Shown: positions 53,178 through 64,000 of the stretch, piece after piece
Position numbering within the stretch: the first letter of the stretch is position 1
How the letters are laid out: each line of letters starts with the position of its first letter
DNA from: Amoebidium appalachense
Taxonomy: Eukaryota > Protista > Ichthyosporea
Length of the DNA stretch: 64,000 bases
Reading direction: 5' to 3'
Assembly (NCBI GenBank): GCA_963693365.1
Contig: CAVNZM010000013.1
Span: 124,001 to 188,000, forward strand
Made by a program: the position numbers and the translations under genes
The notes under the pieces: model-generated
What the model was told of the DNA's origin: nothing
Seen by the model: only the letters and a program-made list of their open reading frames with translations
The model's database searches: none

Positions 53178-55927
53178 GAGCTTGGAGAGTGCCTGCACAA
53201 AGTGAAGAGTGACTTGGGAGTTTATTTTTTATGTACTGGGCTTGCGAAACGACAACAATCTTGTAAACCTATCCGTATACTCAAATTGTAAATTGCCGAA
53301 GACCAATTCGGAAAGAGTGGGCATTTAATATATATTGGTATTCTTGGGACACCAGGATAACGTTGTTTTATTTGGAAAGAGTGGTTAAAAAACCAAAAAG
53401 CAGAAAATGAATTCTGTGAGACTGTAGGGTGTTTGTGACTTATTAGCACTGTAAACCTCAGGTTAACATTTGAATACTTCACTGGTGTAGGAGATACTTT
53501 CTGTGAAAGTTGGTAATACAGCGGAGCATGTGCCTGAACAGCTGGTGACCGGCGGCTGACCGCTTTCAATGATATGATTGGGCAACGCAATCCCCTATAT
53601 CGGCCCCACAATAACAATACCTTTACAAGTTCCAAGTAGATATTTCATCTGTTATCATAATAAGCTCGATGTTTTTTTACAGCCTGTAGTTACCCAAAAA
53701 ATATGTAAAAGTAGACTAAATGTTTTCGCTGGTTTATTTTCTCGTCCCGTTTTTAATATCTTGAGACTAGTTAAACGAGATCATAAATTTTACCAAAGCA
53801 ACAAAACGGGGTCTATATATTTTTCAATTAGGAGTCTTGCCCACATCACAAGGGTTTCTTTAAACTGGGTCCAAACCGGTTTTTGAGAAGGGGGCAAATA
53901 TCATGAAATATTTGGGTGAAGATACTCAGCTGAAAATGGGAGTGGATAAGTCAAAAGCTTTATTGTTATATAGAGTTTGTACAGTGGTGTTTTGGAAAGA
54001 AAATCTGCATGATATTAGTGCAAAATAAAAATCAGAATCAATGTTGCTGCGTATGAGTAGTTGGACAGGTGTTGAGGACCAATCATCTATTTGATACGCA
54101 CTACCGTAGCGATTAGAATCAAAATAGCTGGTCGCAGCACCCACAGGATGTTCAAGGCAAACTTGAGCAAGCAAACTTCAAGTGTACGAAATCAAAGGAT
54201 AAAGTACAAACTGCAAAAATGAGAAACAATCTAATGGACACAATGACAGTTGTTGGTGCATAGAAGGCGTTCTATTTTCCTTGCATGATGATTCGACCCC
54301 TGCTCCTTGTTGACGGCAATATCTTTGCATGATTGAGATCCAATGAGACGATGCTTGCTCTCACATGTACACGTGCTCACTGCGGATCTGATTCTTAAAA
54401 GTGTTCACTGCGAAAGTTGGGGGTTTACACACTTGTTATTGCGTGGACACTGCCGGAGGGCGGAGGCCCAGCCACATTCGACGGCCTACTGCGTTTTCCA
54501 GCACAACCAATCAAATGCAGCCAGTGGTGACATATGTACATGCTAGGCAACAATGAGCGCCATCGTAGTATCTGACACCCCTATTACACATTATGGGTAA
54601 GCAGAGGCTAGCATCGGTAGCTCCGAAAGAAAGTTAAGGCACCGGATCACAATATCATACTGTGCACCATTAATAAGGTGATCTAGGATAGTCATCTTAA
54701 AACGGATATATTGAGGAAGAGAGGAAGAAAAGAGAATAAAACCGTCAATAACCTCCGGTTCTAATACATTAGCTAACAGGTTGCATTTTGTCGGACGTTG
54801 CGGTGACACTTTTACAAGTATAATACGCTTAATTTACCCCTTTTTGCCCTCCTCCGGGCAAAAATGCGGATATAACGGTATTATATACTTTCTGTTATAA
54901 TACGTAATAATACCGCTGATATCTACATATACAGCTTCTCATCTCTCCCCCTTTCTCTCTCTCCCCTCTCCCTCTCACTCTCCCTCTCTCCCTCCCTCGC
55001 TCTCCCCTTCTCACTCCCTCCCCGGGCCTTCTCCCACGGTCTCGTCCCCCCCCCCCCCCCGCCGTCTCTCTCTCTTCTCTCCCGCTCTCTCCCCCCCCCC
55101 CCCCCCTCTCCTCTCGCCTTCCTCTCTTCCTTTCCTCGCTTCCTCTTGCCCTTCCCCCTATTTCTTCCTCCCTCCCCCCCCTCCCCCCCCCCCCCCTCCC
55201 CCCAACCTTTCAATCAGGCTTTCCTCCCGCCCTCCCTAACTCCGTCAGTCCGTCCCTTTCCCCTCCTCCACCTTTCCCTCTTTCCTATCTGTGTAACACA
55301 CTCTCTCGGCCACTCTTTCCTTACTCTTTCTCGTTCCCCCTCTAGATGTCTCTCCTCTCTGTCCCTCTTTTTCTCTCACTCTCACTCAATATTTCTATTC
55401 CGATCTCAGTGTGTCTCTCGAGTCTATGAGCGACTCCCTCCATCCCCCCACAGCATGGGTTGGGAACCACGCGCGAGAGGTTAAAGAGTCGAAACCCATG
55501 CTTTTGTGGAGGCATAGGAACCCCCTGATGATGGGCTCTGTTCAAGTGTCTTCTGCCTGCACGCTAAAATTTCTTGATTTTGGATTTCCCACCTTTGTGA
55601 CGCTTTGTTGTTGCTCTTTGTTGTGTCCTCCATATTTCCAACCGTCTAACGCATACATCACCCCCCCCCCCCCCCCCCCCCCTCAACCCCCCCCTCCACC
55701 ACCACCACCCACCCACCCACCCACCCACCCACCAACCCTCCTCCCGGCACCCCCAGAATTTTTCCCCTTAGGTTCAGGTCCCTCTCTCCGCTCCTAAATC
55801 CCGACGTGCTTTTTTGGCGCTGTAGATATTCTACCCTCCCCCTCCCGTCCCCCCTCCTCCCTCCCCAGCCCTACGTACAGCGACAGGGCTTCTGAGAATT
55901 CTGGCACGAGGCTCTCTATAAGCCTTC

Positions 55928-55975
<48 letters not shown>

Positions 55976-57216
55976 GCTCTCTCTTGGTCAGCAATCAGGA
56001 TGCTCCGAGCTCTTATCGCACAGAATCTTTCTCTCCCCCACTCCTAGCTAGCACTGCCAGGCTCTTGCTGGCCGTGCTCTTCGACTGCCACAAACCTTTC
56101 GAACACTTTTCGCGGCTTCGCACCACCGTTGGATAATCCACTCACTGACTAGTCTTAGCCGGACAAGCTCTGTGTTATCGCAGAGCGAGAGATTCTTAGG
56201 CTTCTGCTTTGCAATGATCTTGACGTAAAGGATGCCTTATCTCGAGTGTATTCTGAGGATCTGGGTACACAGCGTTGCCCTGTCCACAGTTAGCAACTGT
56301 ACCGTTGGACGAATCATTCAAGTTGAAAGCTTTGGCAGGGTAACAAGTTCGAAGAGTGTAGAAGTTCCCTCTCCGCTCCGCTGAGGCTCTCTCTCCCACC
56401 CTCTCCATTACTCCCTCCCTCCCTCTCTCCCGGAGGATCCCCCCTCCCCTCCCCCCCATACTCTCTCTCTCTGTCTCCCTCTCCCCGGCCTCCCTCCTTG
56501 CCCCCCCTCCCTCTCTCCCTTCCCCCCCCCCCCCCCGCTTTCTCTCTATCTCTCCCCCCCCCCCCCCCCCCCCCCCCCCCAACAGGCTCTCTCTCGCTCT
56601 CCCTCTCCTCTCTCAGACTCTCGCTCGTTCGCTTGATTAATATTGCTTTCGTTCCCGTTCTCGCTTTCGCGCGCTCGCTTGCTCATTCACGCCACCCCCA
56701 TCCCCCCCCCCCCCCCCCCCGTCCCCCCCCCCCCCCCCCCACACACACACGCACACACACACCGCCCCCCCCCCCCCCCCCCCCTCCATGCGGCCTCTCG
56801 GGCCCTCGGCCCCACCGTGGGGCCACCCCCCAGGCACGCGCTATAACGATGACGTCATAAAGAGCAACAAATGAACCGCTCATAAATATGGTGTCGAAAC
56901 TTTCCAGGAAAAGCCCCCATTTTTATCTTGAGAAATTTTCAAAGTCACGATTTTCAGCATGTGCAATCTTGACCCGTTCCGTGATAGCGCAAACATGCCA
57001 CGACTGCTGACTTTGACTCGGCCGATGATCATGACGACCCCGTATTACTGACGAGTCTGACGAGTCTCGAGGAAGAAGTTGGAAAAAACCATCTCTTTTT
57101 CGTATTTGGCCTTTTGTGTTTCCTAACCTAAAGCTTCTTCGCGGTTTTTGTCCTCTTTATCTGCCAACACCGCTTGCTGAGAGACAGTCAGACTACAAAC
57201 CCATTACAAACAGAAA

Positions 57217-59202
57217 ATGTCGTTGGCATCCATGTTTAGAAGCTCCACGGTTGGGCTCCAGCTGTTCAAGCAAAGCATGTTGTTGCCTAGTCGCCAGGTA
57301 TGTGTCAACTATTTCAGGCATGGAGTTGGGGTTTTTGCTTGGCCTTTATGCTTGGAGAAGGTCACGGGGGAGCAGCATTGGTGGGAGGGTGGGTGGAGGA
57401 GAGGGGGTGGAGGGGGGGGGGGGGGGGGGGGGGGCTTTGGGTTTTGGGGAAGTGGGGGGCGGGGGGGAGTGAGTGGGGAGGGAGGAAGGGGATGAGAAGA
57501 GGGTAGAGTTGTAGTATCTTTAGCAATCGAGGGAGTAAGCAGTGAGATTTCCTTAGACGTGCTGTCGGAGAAGTAACTTTGGGTGGATGCCTCTGCAGGA
57601 AAGTTTACGGAGATGGGTTAGTGGCAAGAGGTGTATAGTGTTATGTGGACCGCTGGGTGAGAAATGGTGGTGGTGGTGGTGGTGTGTGTGTGTGTGTGTT
57701 TGTGTGTTTGTTGGGGGGGGGGGGGGGGGGGGGGGAGGGGGGAGGGGAAGGGGAAGCAGTGTGATGGCTGCTTTTCTCTAGACATGTTGTTGGAGTGAAT
57801 TTTGGTGTTTAAGCTTTAACAGTCAGCAGGCTAAGGGGAGGGCATGGGGCTGGTGGTGTGTGTGTGGGGGGGGAGGGGGGAGGGAGAGGTGTTTTTTTTT
57901 TTTTTTTTTTTTTTTTTGGGGGGGGGGGGGATGGAGGGGGAGAGGGTGGAGGGGGAGGGAAGAAGGAGCAGGAGGTGGGGAAAGCGGGCTGGAAATACAT
58001 GTCTCTGTGTGTGTGTGTGGTGTTGTTGGTTGGTTGGGGGAGGGGGAGGGGGGGGGGGGGGGGGGGGGGGGGGTTGGGGAGGAGGCAGGAGAAGGCGGAG
58101 GATGCTTATGTAAGAGTCGTCGGGTTCCTTGTAGACATGCGCCTTTTGCGAGAGCTTACGGCATATCAGATGTTGGCCTGCAACACTTCCATTGTAAAAA
58201 GGATTGTTGCTCACTCCAGTTCCTTCCTCCTCCCTCCCCCCTCCCCCCGCCCTCCACCTCTTTTTTATCTTCCCTCCTAGTTATCCAGATACTATTTTTG
58301 GAGATTAACTTTGACATTTTTTTTTTCTCGCTTCTCAAGTTCCAAAGCACGGCACCTTTGCGATTGAGTGCTGGAGAGCAGCAGATTTACGACCGGTTGA
58401 AGAAGGAACTTGACCCCACAGAAATTCAGGTCGCTGACATATCAGGTGGGTTTTTTTTTTTGGTTTTTTTTTTGGGGGGGGGGGGGGGGGGAGGGAGGGA
58501 AGGGGGGGGGAAGGGGGGGGGGGGGGGAGGGAGGGAGGGAGGGGAGGGCGGGGAAGGGGAGGACGGTGTCTTTGTGTGGAGTGGGGGGGATGGGAGTTAC
58601 CTTGTGTGTTTTAGTGTGAGCATGTGGGGATGGTAGTCGAGGAGGGGGGGAGGGGAGGGGGGGGGGGGGGGGGGGGGGGGGGCTGGTTTTTTGATTCTAT
58701 TTTATTTTATTTTTGTTGTTTTTTTTTTGGTGGTGGTGGTGGTGGGGGGGGGGGGGGGGGGGGGGAGGGGGGCAGGGGATTCGCTTGAGCTGGAAAGAAG
58801 GGGGGGGGGGGGGGGGGGGAGGGGGGGGGGGGGGCTGGAGTGGGGAGGTGGGGGGGGGGGGGGGGGGAGAAACCCCTGTGGACAGAAAAAGTAAAATGGG
58901 GGGGAGGGGGGATCTTTGTGGACAGAAAATGAAAAATACACCTCGGGGGGGGGGGGGGGGGGGGGGAGGGGGGCGGGGGGGGCCAAAGGGAGGGATCTCT
59001 TGGTATGGAAAAGATCTTTGAGATGGTGCAAGGGCAGTGCAAAAAAAAAAAAAATTCCTGGCCGGAAAACCGAAATATCAGGATTGTTTTTGTTTTTTGG
59101 CCCTGTGATGGTCTGGCTGATGTCTTGTTATTTGGGGCTATTTGATAGGTGGCTGTGGTGCTTCATATCACGTTTATGTGGCTTCCCCAAAGTTCAAAGG
59201 TG

Positions 59203-59272
<70 letters not shown>

Positions 59273-59302
59273 ACACGCGTGCATGCGTGCGCGCCCGCCG
59301 CG

Positions 59303-59368
<66 letters not shown>

Positions 59369-59772
59369 ACTGCTCCGCGTCGAAGGATGGCGAGTGTGTA
59401 TGATGCATACCCTTTTTGTATGTGGTGCGCTATCTGCATTGTGTTTTGCGTGGTGGATGTGTAATTTGCACTCTTTAACACATGCCCCCTCCCCCCCCCC
59501 CCCCCCCCCCGGGGGGCTGCGGGCCGGCCCTCTTCACCGACCCTTTTGCCCTCGCCCGTGCCCGCCTCCTGTGTCATTTTACAGAACCGAATGATGTTAA
59601 TCGACACGCATGTTCTGCCTTTATAACTGTTCTGATTTCTCGGCTTCTTTATTTTTTATTTTATTTCATTTTATTTTTTTTATTTATTTTTTTTTTTTGG
59701 GGGGGGGGGGGAAGATATGAGTGTGTGTGTTTGTCTCTCTCTCTGAGTATGTGTGTTTGTCTCTCTCTCTGT

Positions 59773-59828
<56 letters not shown>

Positions 59829-59995
59829 TTCATATCTTTGCATCCACGATGACCGGACTGCAATGCGTGAGACATTAATGTTGACGAAACGAAAAGAAAC
59901 AAATCATTACCATTCCCTTTGCAGGCCTGTCCATGCTGAAGCAGCACCAGTTGGTCAACACGGTGCTTAAGGAAGAACTAAAGGCATGTTGAATC

Positions 59996-60026
<31 letters not shown>

Positions 60027-60411
60027 AAAAAAAAAAGAAAAGAAAGAAAGAAAAAAAAAAAAAAAAAAAGAAAAGGAAGAGAGACAGAAAGGGGGGGAAA
60101 AAAAGAAGAAGAAGAAGAAGAAGAAGAAGACGAAGAGGGGGAGAGAGAGAGAGGGAGAGGGAGGGAGGGAGAGAGGGGGAGACAGAGAGAGTAGAGGAGA
60201 GAAAAAGGAAAGGAAAGGAAGAGGAAGTGGAAGCAAAGAAAAACAACAAAAACAAATGCAAAAAGCCCCCCCCCCCCTCCCCCCCCCCCCCCCCCCCGCG
60301 CACCACCCCACCCCGCTCCGCCCTCCTCCCCCCCCCCCCCCCCCCCCTTTGTCTGCCCGCCTGCTGTCGCTGCCTGCCTTTTTCTTTCTTTCTTTCTTTC
60401 TTTCTTTTTTC

Positions 60412-60477
<66 letters not shown>

Positions 60478-60509
60478 GGGAGGGGGGGGGGGGGGATGTT
60501 GATGACAAG

Positions 60510-60575
<66 letters not shown>

Positions 60576-60858
60576 CGGAGCAGAGTGAGATTGTGATGTT
60601 TGGAAGTGTGGGTACTCACGTAATCCCCCCCCCCCCCCCCCCCCCCCCCTCCCCCCCCCCCCCCCCCCCCCCCGTCCCTCGGGGGGCCTATGGGTAATTT
60701 GAAGACTATGTCATTTTGGGAGATAAGCGGTGTGTGTGTGTGGGTGGGGGGGGGGGGGGGGGGGGGGTCCCCTCGAACTTCTATGGCTGACTAGCCCGTT
60801 TTGTTCCCCACAGAGCATGCATGCGCTTAGGATCGAGACGGGGGTGCCCAGCCAATGA
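57217..60858 (+). CDS. BOLA3: Mitochondrial BolA-family protein, BolA3/Aim1-like (5 exons, ~113 aa)
   Basis: Exons 57217-57297, 58340-58445, 59149-59199, 59925-59983, 60814-60858 give a presequence-like N-terminus plus [70 protein letters not shown]. The last intron needs a GC donor. Confidence 0.9.
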
Positions 60859-61395
60859 GCACAAGCCATGGGGTTTCGTCCTTAGCAACCAATCAACTTC
60901 GGGGCCGGTTGCGGTAGGGAGGGTGTGTGTGTTGGGGGGGGGGGGGGGGGGAGGGGGGGGGGGGGATTCTTTTCTGGCTGTTTTTTTTTTTTTTTTTTTT
61001 TTTTTGGGAAGGGGGAGGGGGGGGGGGGGGGGGTGGGGGGCAACTGTTGGATAGTATGTATTCTATTCACGGTGCTTATATTCTTGCCGTTTTCTGATGG
61101 TGTTAAAACGGTTGCCTTTTTTTGGTGTTATTGGAGGACTGACCGGTAGTAGTATGTAATTGCCCAAATATAGTGGATTCGAGTAGTCTATTAGGGCATT
61201 CTCCACGAACGGATTGTGCTGCATTTACTGGAAGGTGTGGTGTAGATTATAATAGGTTATGCATAATGGTGTGAATGACCGGATTGGATGTGTAAGTAGA
61301 AATGTTATGTTCACGAGGTACGGGATGGACTGGAATGGGGTCGATTTCTGGACAACACAACACGTTCACAACCATTTTTTCCCACTTTTTTCAAT

Positions 61396-61428
<33 letters not shown>

Positions 61429-62289
61429 CCTTTCTTTTTTCCCTGTCTTACTCCCTGTTCCCGTCCGTTCTCCCCCCTGTAGCACTCTCTCCTTGAAAAC
61501 CCCCACGTACACTTTCACAATCTCTATCCATTTTCTAAAAGTCCTAGGCTTCGAATCTGTCTCGAGCTCGCAGCTACATCTGTTCTATACATAAAATTCT
61601 TCGCCTGTGCCTGTTCCTGTGTGTGTTGTGTTTGTGTGATTGGCGAAGCCTGCCGGCCAGGCCGGTGAGGCAAAAAAAAAAACATCCCACACTTCCCATG
61701 GACGAGAAATTGTTTTTTTCCTGCATGTGCATCGCCTTTTTACTGTAATGGGATCATATGTGCGCAGTTAAAACCTAAAAATAAAATTCAATTAAGAACT
61801 AAATACATGTTGAGCACACATGTCTGTGTATACGTATACCCATGGTGCTGTGCAGCACACACCTTAGTGTGTGTGTGTGTGTGTATCCACGTACACACCG
61901 TGACGCCGTACGTACGCGGGAGTTACAATTGTAACACATGTGTGTTCGCCCTAGGCCCCACATGTAGCCTTTCCCTCACACGTACATGACATATACACCA
62001 CATGTGTACATGTCCCCTCACCCACCCTGGTACAGGCACGTGTGTGACTCACACCCGGGCCTACACACACACACACACCTTCACACACACACACACACAT
62101 AACTCACAATCCATGGACACACGTTCCTGCTCGTTGGTGGTATCGTTACAATAGGCCTACTGGTGCAACCGTAAGTCAGTGTGACTTGAAGTGATCTTGT
62201 ATGCGACGGTGACCGGCACGTGTGCATGTGCACGTGTGTGTATCGGATGTCCTCTGGAAGTACCGTGGCTCACTCTCTTTTAAGATAAC

Positions 62290-62869
62290 AGGCAAATACG
62301 GTTCAGAGCCTAAAATGTTAAGGTTTCTCGGCCGCAGGGTTCACTGAATAAGTTATCCGATCCCCCCCCCTCCCCACCCTCCCCTCCCCCGCGCGTCCTG
62401 TGGGTCCTTTTTCTGGGCTGCGGTGTTTTTTTTTTTCTTTGTTTTTTTTTTTTGTGGTGCTGGTGGGTGGGTGGGGGGGGGGGGGGGGGGGAGGGGGGGG
62501 GGGGGTACACATGTGCACCGTTCAGATACAAAAGATGAAGGAAAAACAAGAAAAAGAATTACTGAAAGGAAGAAAATGGTCCGACTCGCGCCGCTTCCCA
62601 TGTTTCGCATGCCGAATTCTTAGGAGTCACGCGAATGTGACGCCATTGCAAAACAAGCGATTTGATTGGTTGGGACTGGTACCGGCTAAGCTAATCATTT
62701 TGCAAATCAGGTGAGCTAGCCCAGGGATGATTATACCGACTAAGGTCCGACTTGACTGCCAGTCGTCAGACGTCGTAGGATCACTGAAATTGCAAAGTCG
62801 TGTAGTAGTAGTCGAGTCGCCGAAGGTGCCACCTACGACTAAAGGCCCCACGACTTTTTTTTTTTTTTT

Positions 62870-62900
<31 letters not shown>

Positions 62901-63773
62901 TGCGCCAATGAAATCCTGATTAATACTATTTGCCGTGTTAATATTTGTCTTGCCGTTGGCCACATATGCATCGATACTATGAGTCCATACTACAGGGGTC
63001 ACTCACGTTTAAGTAAAAGGTAAATACGGGTTAGGGTTTTAAAAACTTAAGGTTTCTCGGCCGCAGGGTTCATTATCTTATCTCTTCCCCCCCCCCCCAG
63101 GTCCTGTAGGTCCTGTGGGTCCTTTTTCTGGTCTGTAGGAGTTTCTTTTCTTTTTTTTTCTTTTTTTCTTTTCTTTTCTTTTTTTTTTTTTTTGGGGGGG
63201 GGGGGGGGGGGAGGAGGGGGGGGGGAGGAGGAGGAAGGGGGGGCCAACACACACACACCGTGCACTGTGGGCAGTCTGTGGCACGGAGACACACATATAC
63301 ACAATGTGATACACACCGCACACACACACACACACACACCACACAGTCACACAGACACACCCAGTGACGAACGAACACAAAATCCAAATGCACACACAGA
63401 CATGTGCACACATTTTCGCACAGCACTCCCCCTCCCTCCTCCCCCCTTTCTCCCCCCTTTCTCCCCTCACCTCCCCGAATTTTTTAGGGGAAAAAAAAAA
63501 AAAAAAGACTCGTGCAGCCCAGAAAAAGGATCCACATGACAGGGGAGGAAGGGACCCAGGAAGAGGGGGGGGGGGGAGCACGCTCACATTGTGCACCGTA
63601 AGACGGAGACACACACACACACACACACACACACACATTGTGGTGCACACACGTGCGCACACTTGGCACACCACACACACATAAATACACCCAGTGACAA
63701 ACGACCACAAAATCCAAATGTACACAGTGTCACAGGCATATGCACACATTTTCGTAGAGGCCCCCTCCCCCCC

Positions 63774-63805
<32 letters not shown>

Positions 63806-63853
63806 AAAAAAAAAAAAAGGCGGCCCGTAGCCCAGAAAAAGGACCCACAGGCA

Positions 63854-63893
<40 letters not shown>

Positions 63894-63919
63894 GTGCTCA
63901 CCGTGCACCGTGACACGGA

Positions 63920-63979
<60 letters not shown>

Positions 63980-64000
63980 CGCGCGCGCGCGCACACACAC
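62290..64000. repeat. Composite repeat region: direct repeats, inverted motif copies and a ~310-330-bp degenerate tandem unit running off the window edge
   Basis: TTAAGGTTTCTCGGCCGCAGGGTTCA at ~62318 and ~63047; GTCCTGTGGGTCCTTTTTCTGG at ~62395 and ~63110 with inverted copies at ~63518 and ~63831; ACGGAGACACAC..CACCCAGTGAC..CACAAAATCCAAATG..CACACATTTTCG unit at ~63280 and ~63600, with a third starting ~63910. Confidence 0.7.

Noticed and set aside
55970-56370. Coding-looking minus-strand block upstream of BolA
   Set aside because: All frames are interrupted and no family is recognisable.
63028-63040. GGGTTAGGGTT telomere-like word
   Set aside because: Fewer than two full repeats.

Overview
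Eukaryotic genomic DNA (organism not identifiable) with intron-containing genes in a matrix of poly-C/poly-G, (CA)n, (GA)n and (GGT)n tracts; most short ORFs in the track are microsatellite noise. Five loci were built by hand from splice sites and reading phase. (1) 11353-3465 (-): six-exon Dada-like DDE/DxxH transposase with a DEDDy 3'-5' exonuclease inserted in its core. (2) 21405-17998 (-): CD36/LIMP-2 scavenger receptor. (3) ~23.7-48.4 kb: head-to-head duplicated pair of large genes joining repeated ~180-aa putative winged-helix (La-motif-like) modules to a C-terminal Cid1/GLD-2-family nucleotidyltransferase. The right copy (38312-48429, 9 exons, ~968 aa) is intact; the left copy is disabled but has three modules and five 90-92-nt exons each encoding a PAM2-like motif. 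(4) 52943-51327 (-): intronless APC amino-acid permease. (5) 57217-60858 (+): five-exon BolA3-like gene. Several MITE-like elements and minisatellites are also present. The best candidate for an undescribed system is locus 3. All family assignments come from motif recognition by eye, not database searches, and frameshifts in otherwise intact genes fall in homopolymer runs, so they are probably assembly errors.
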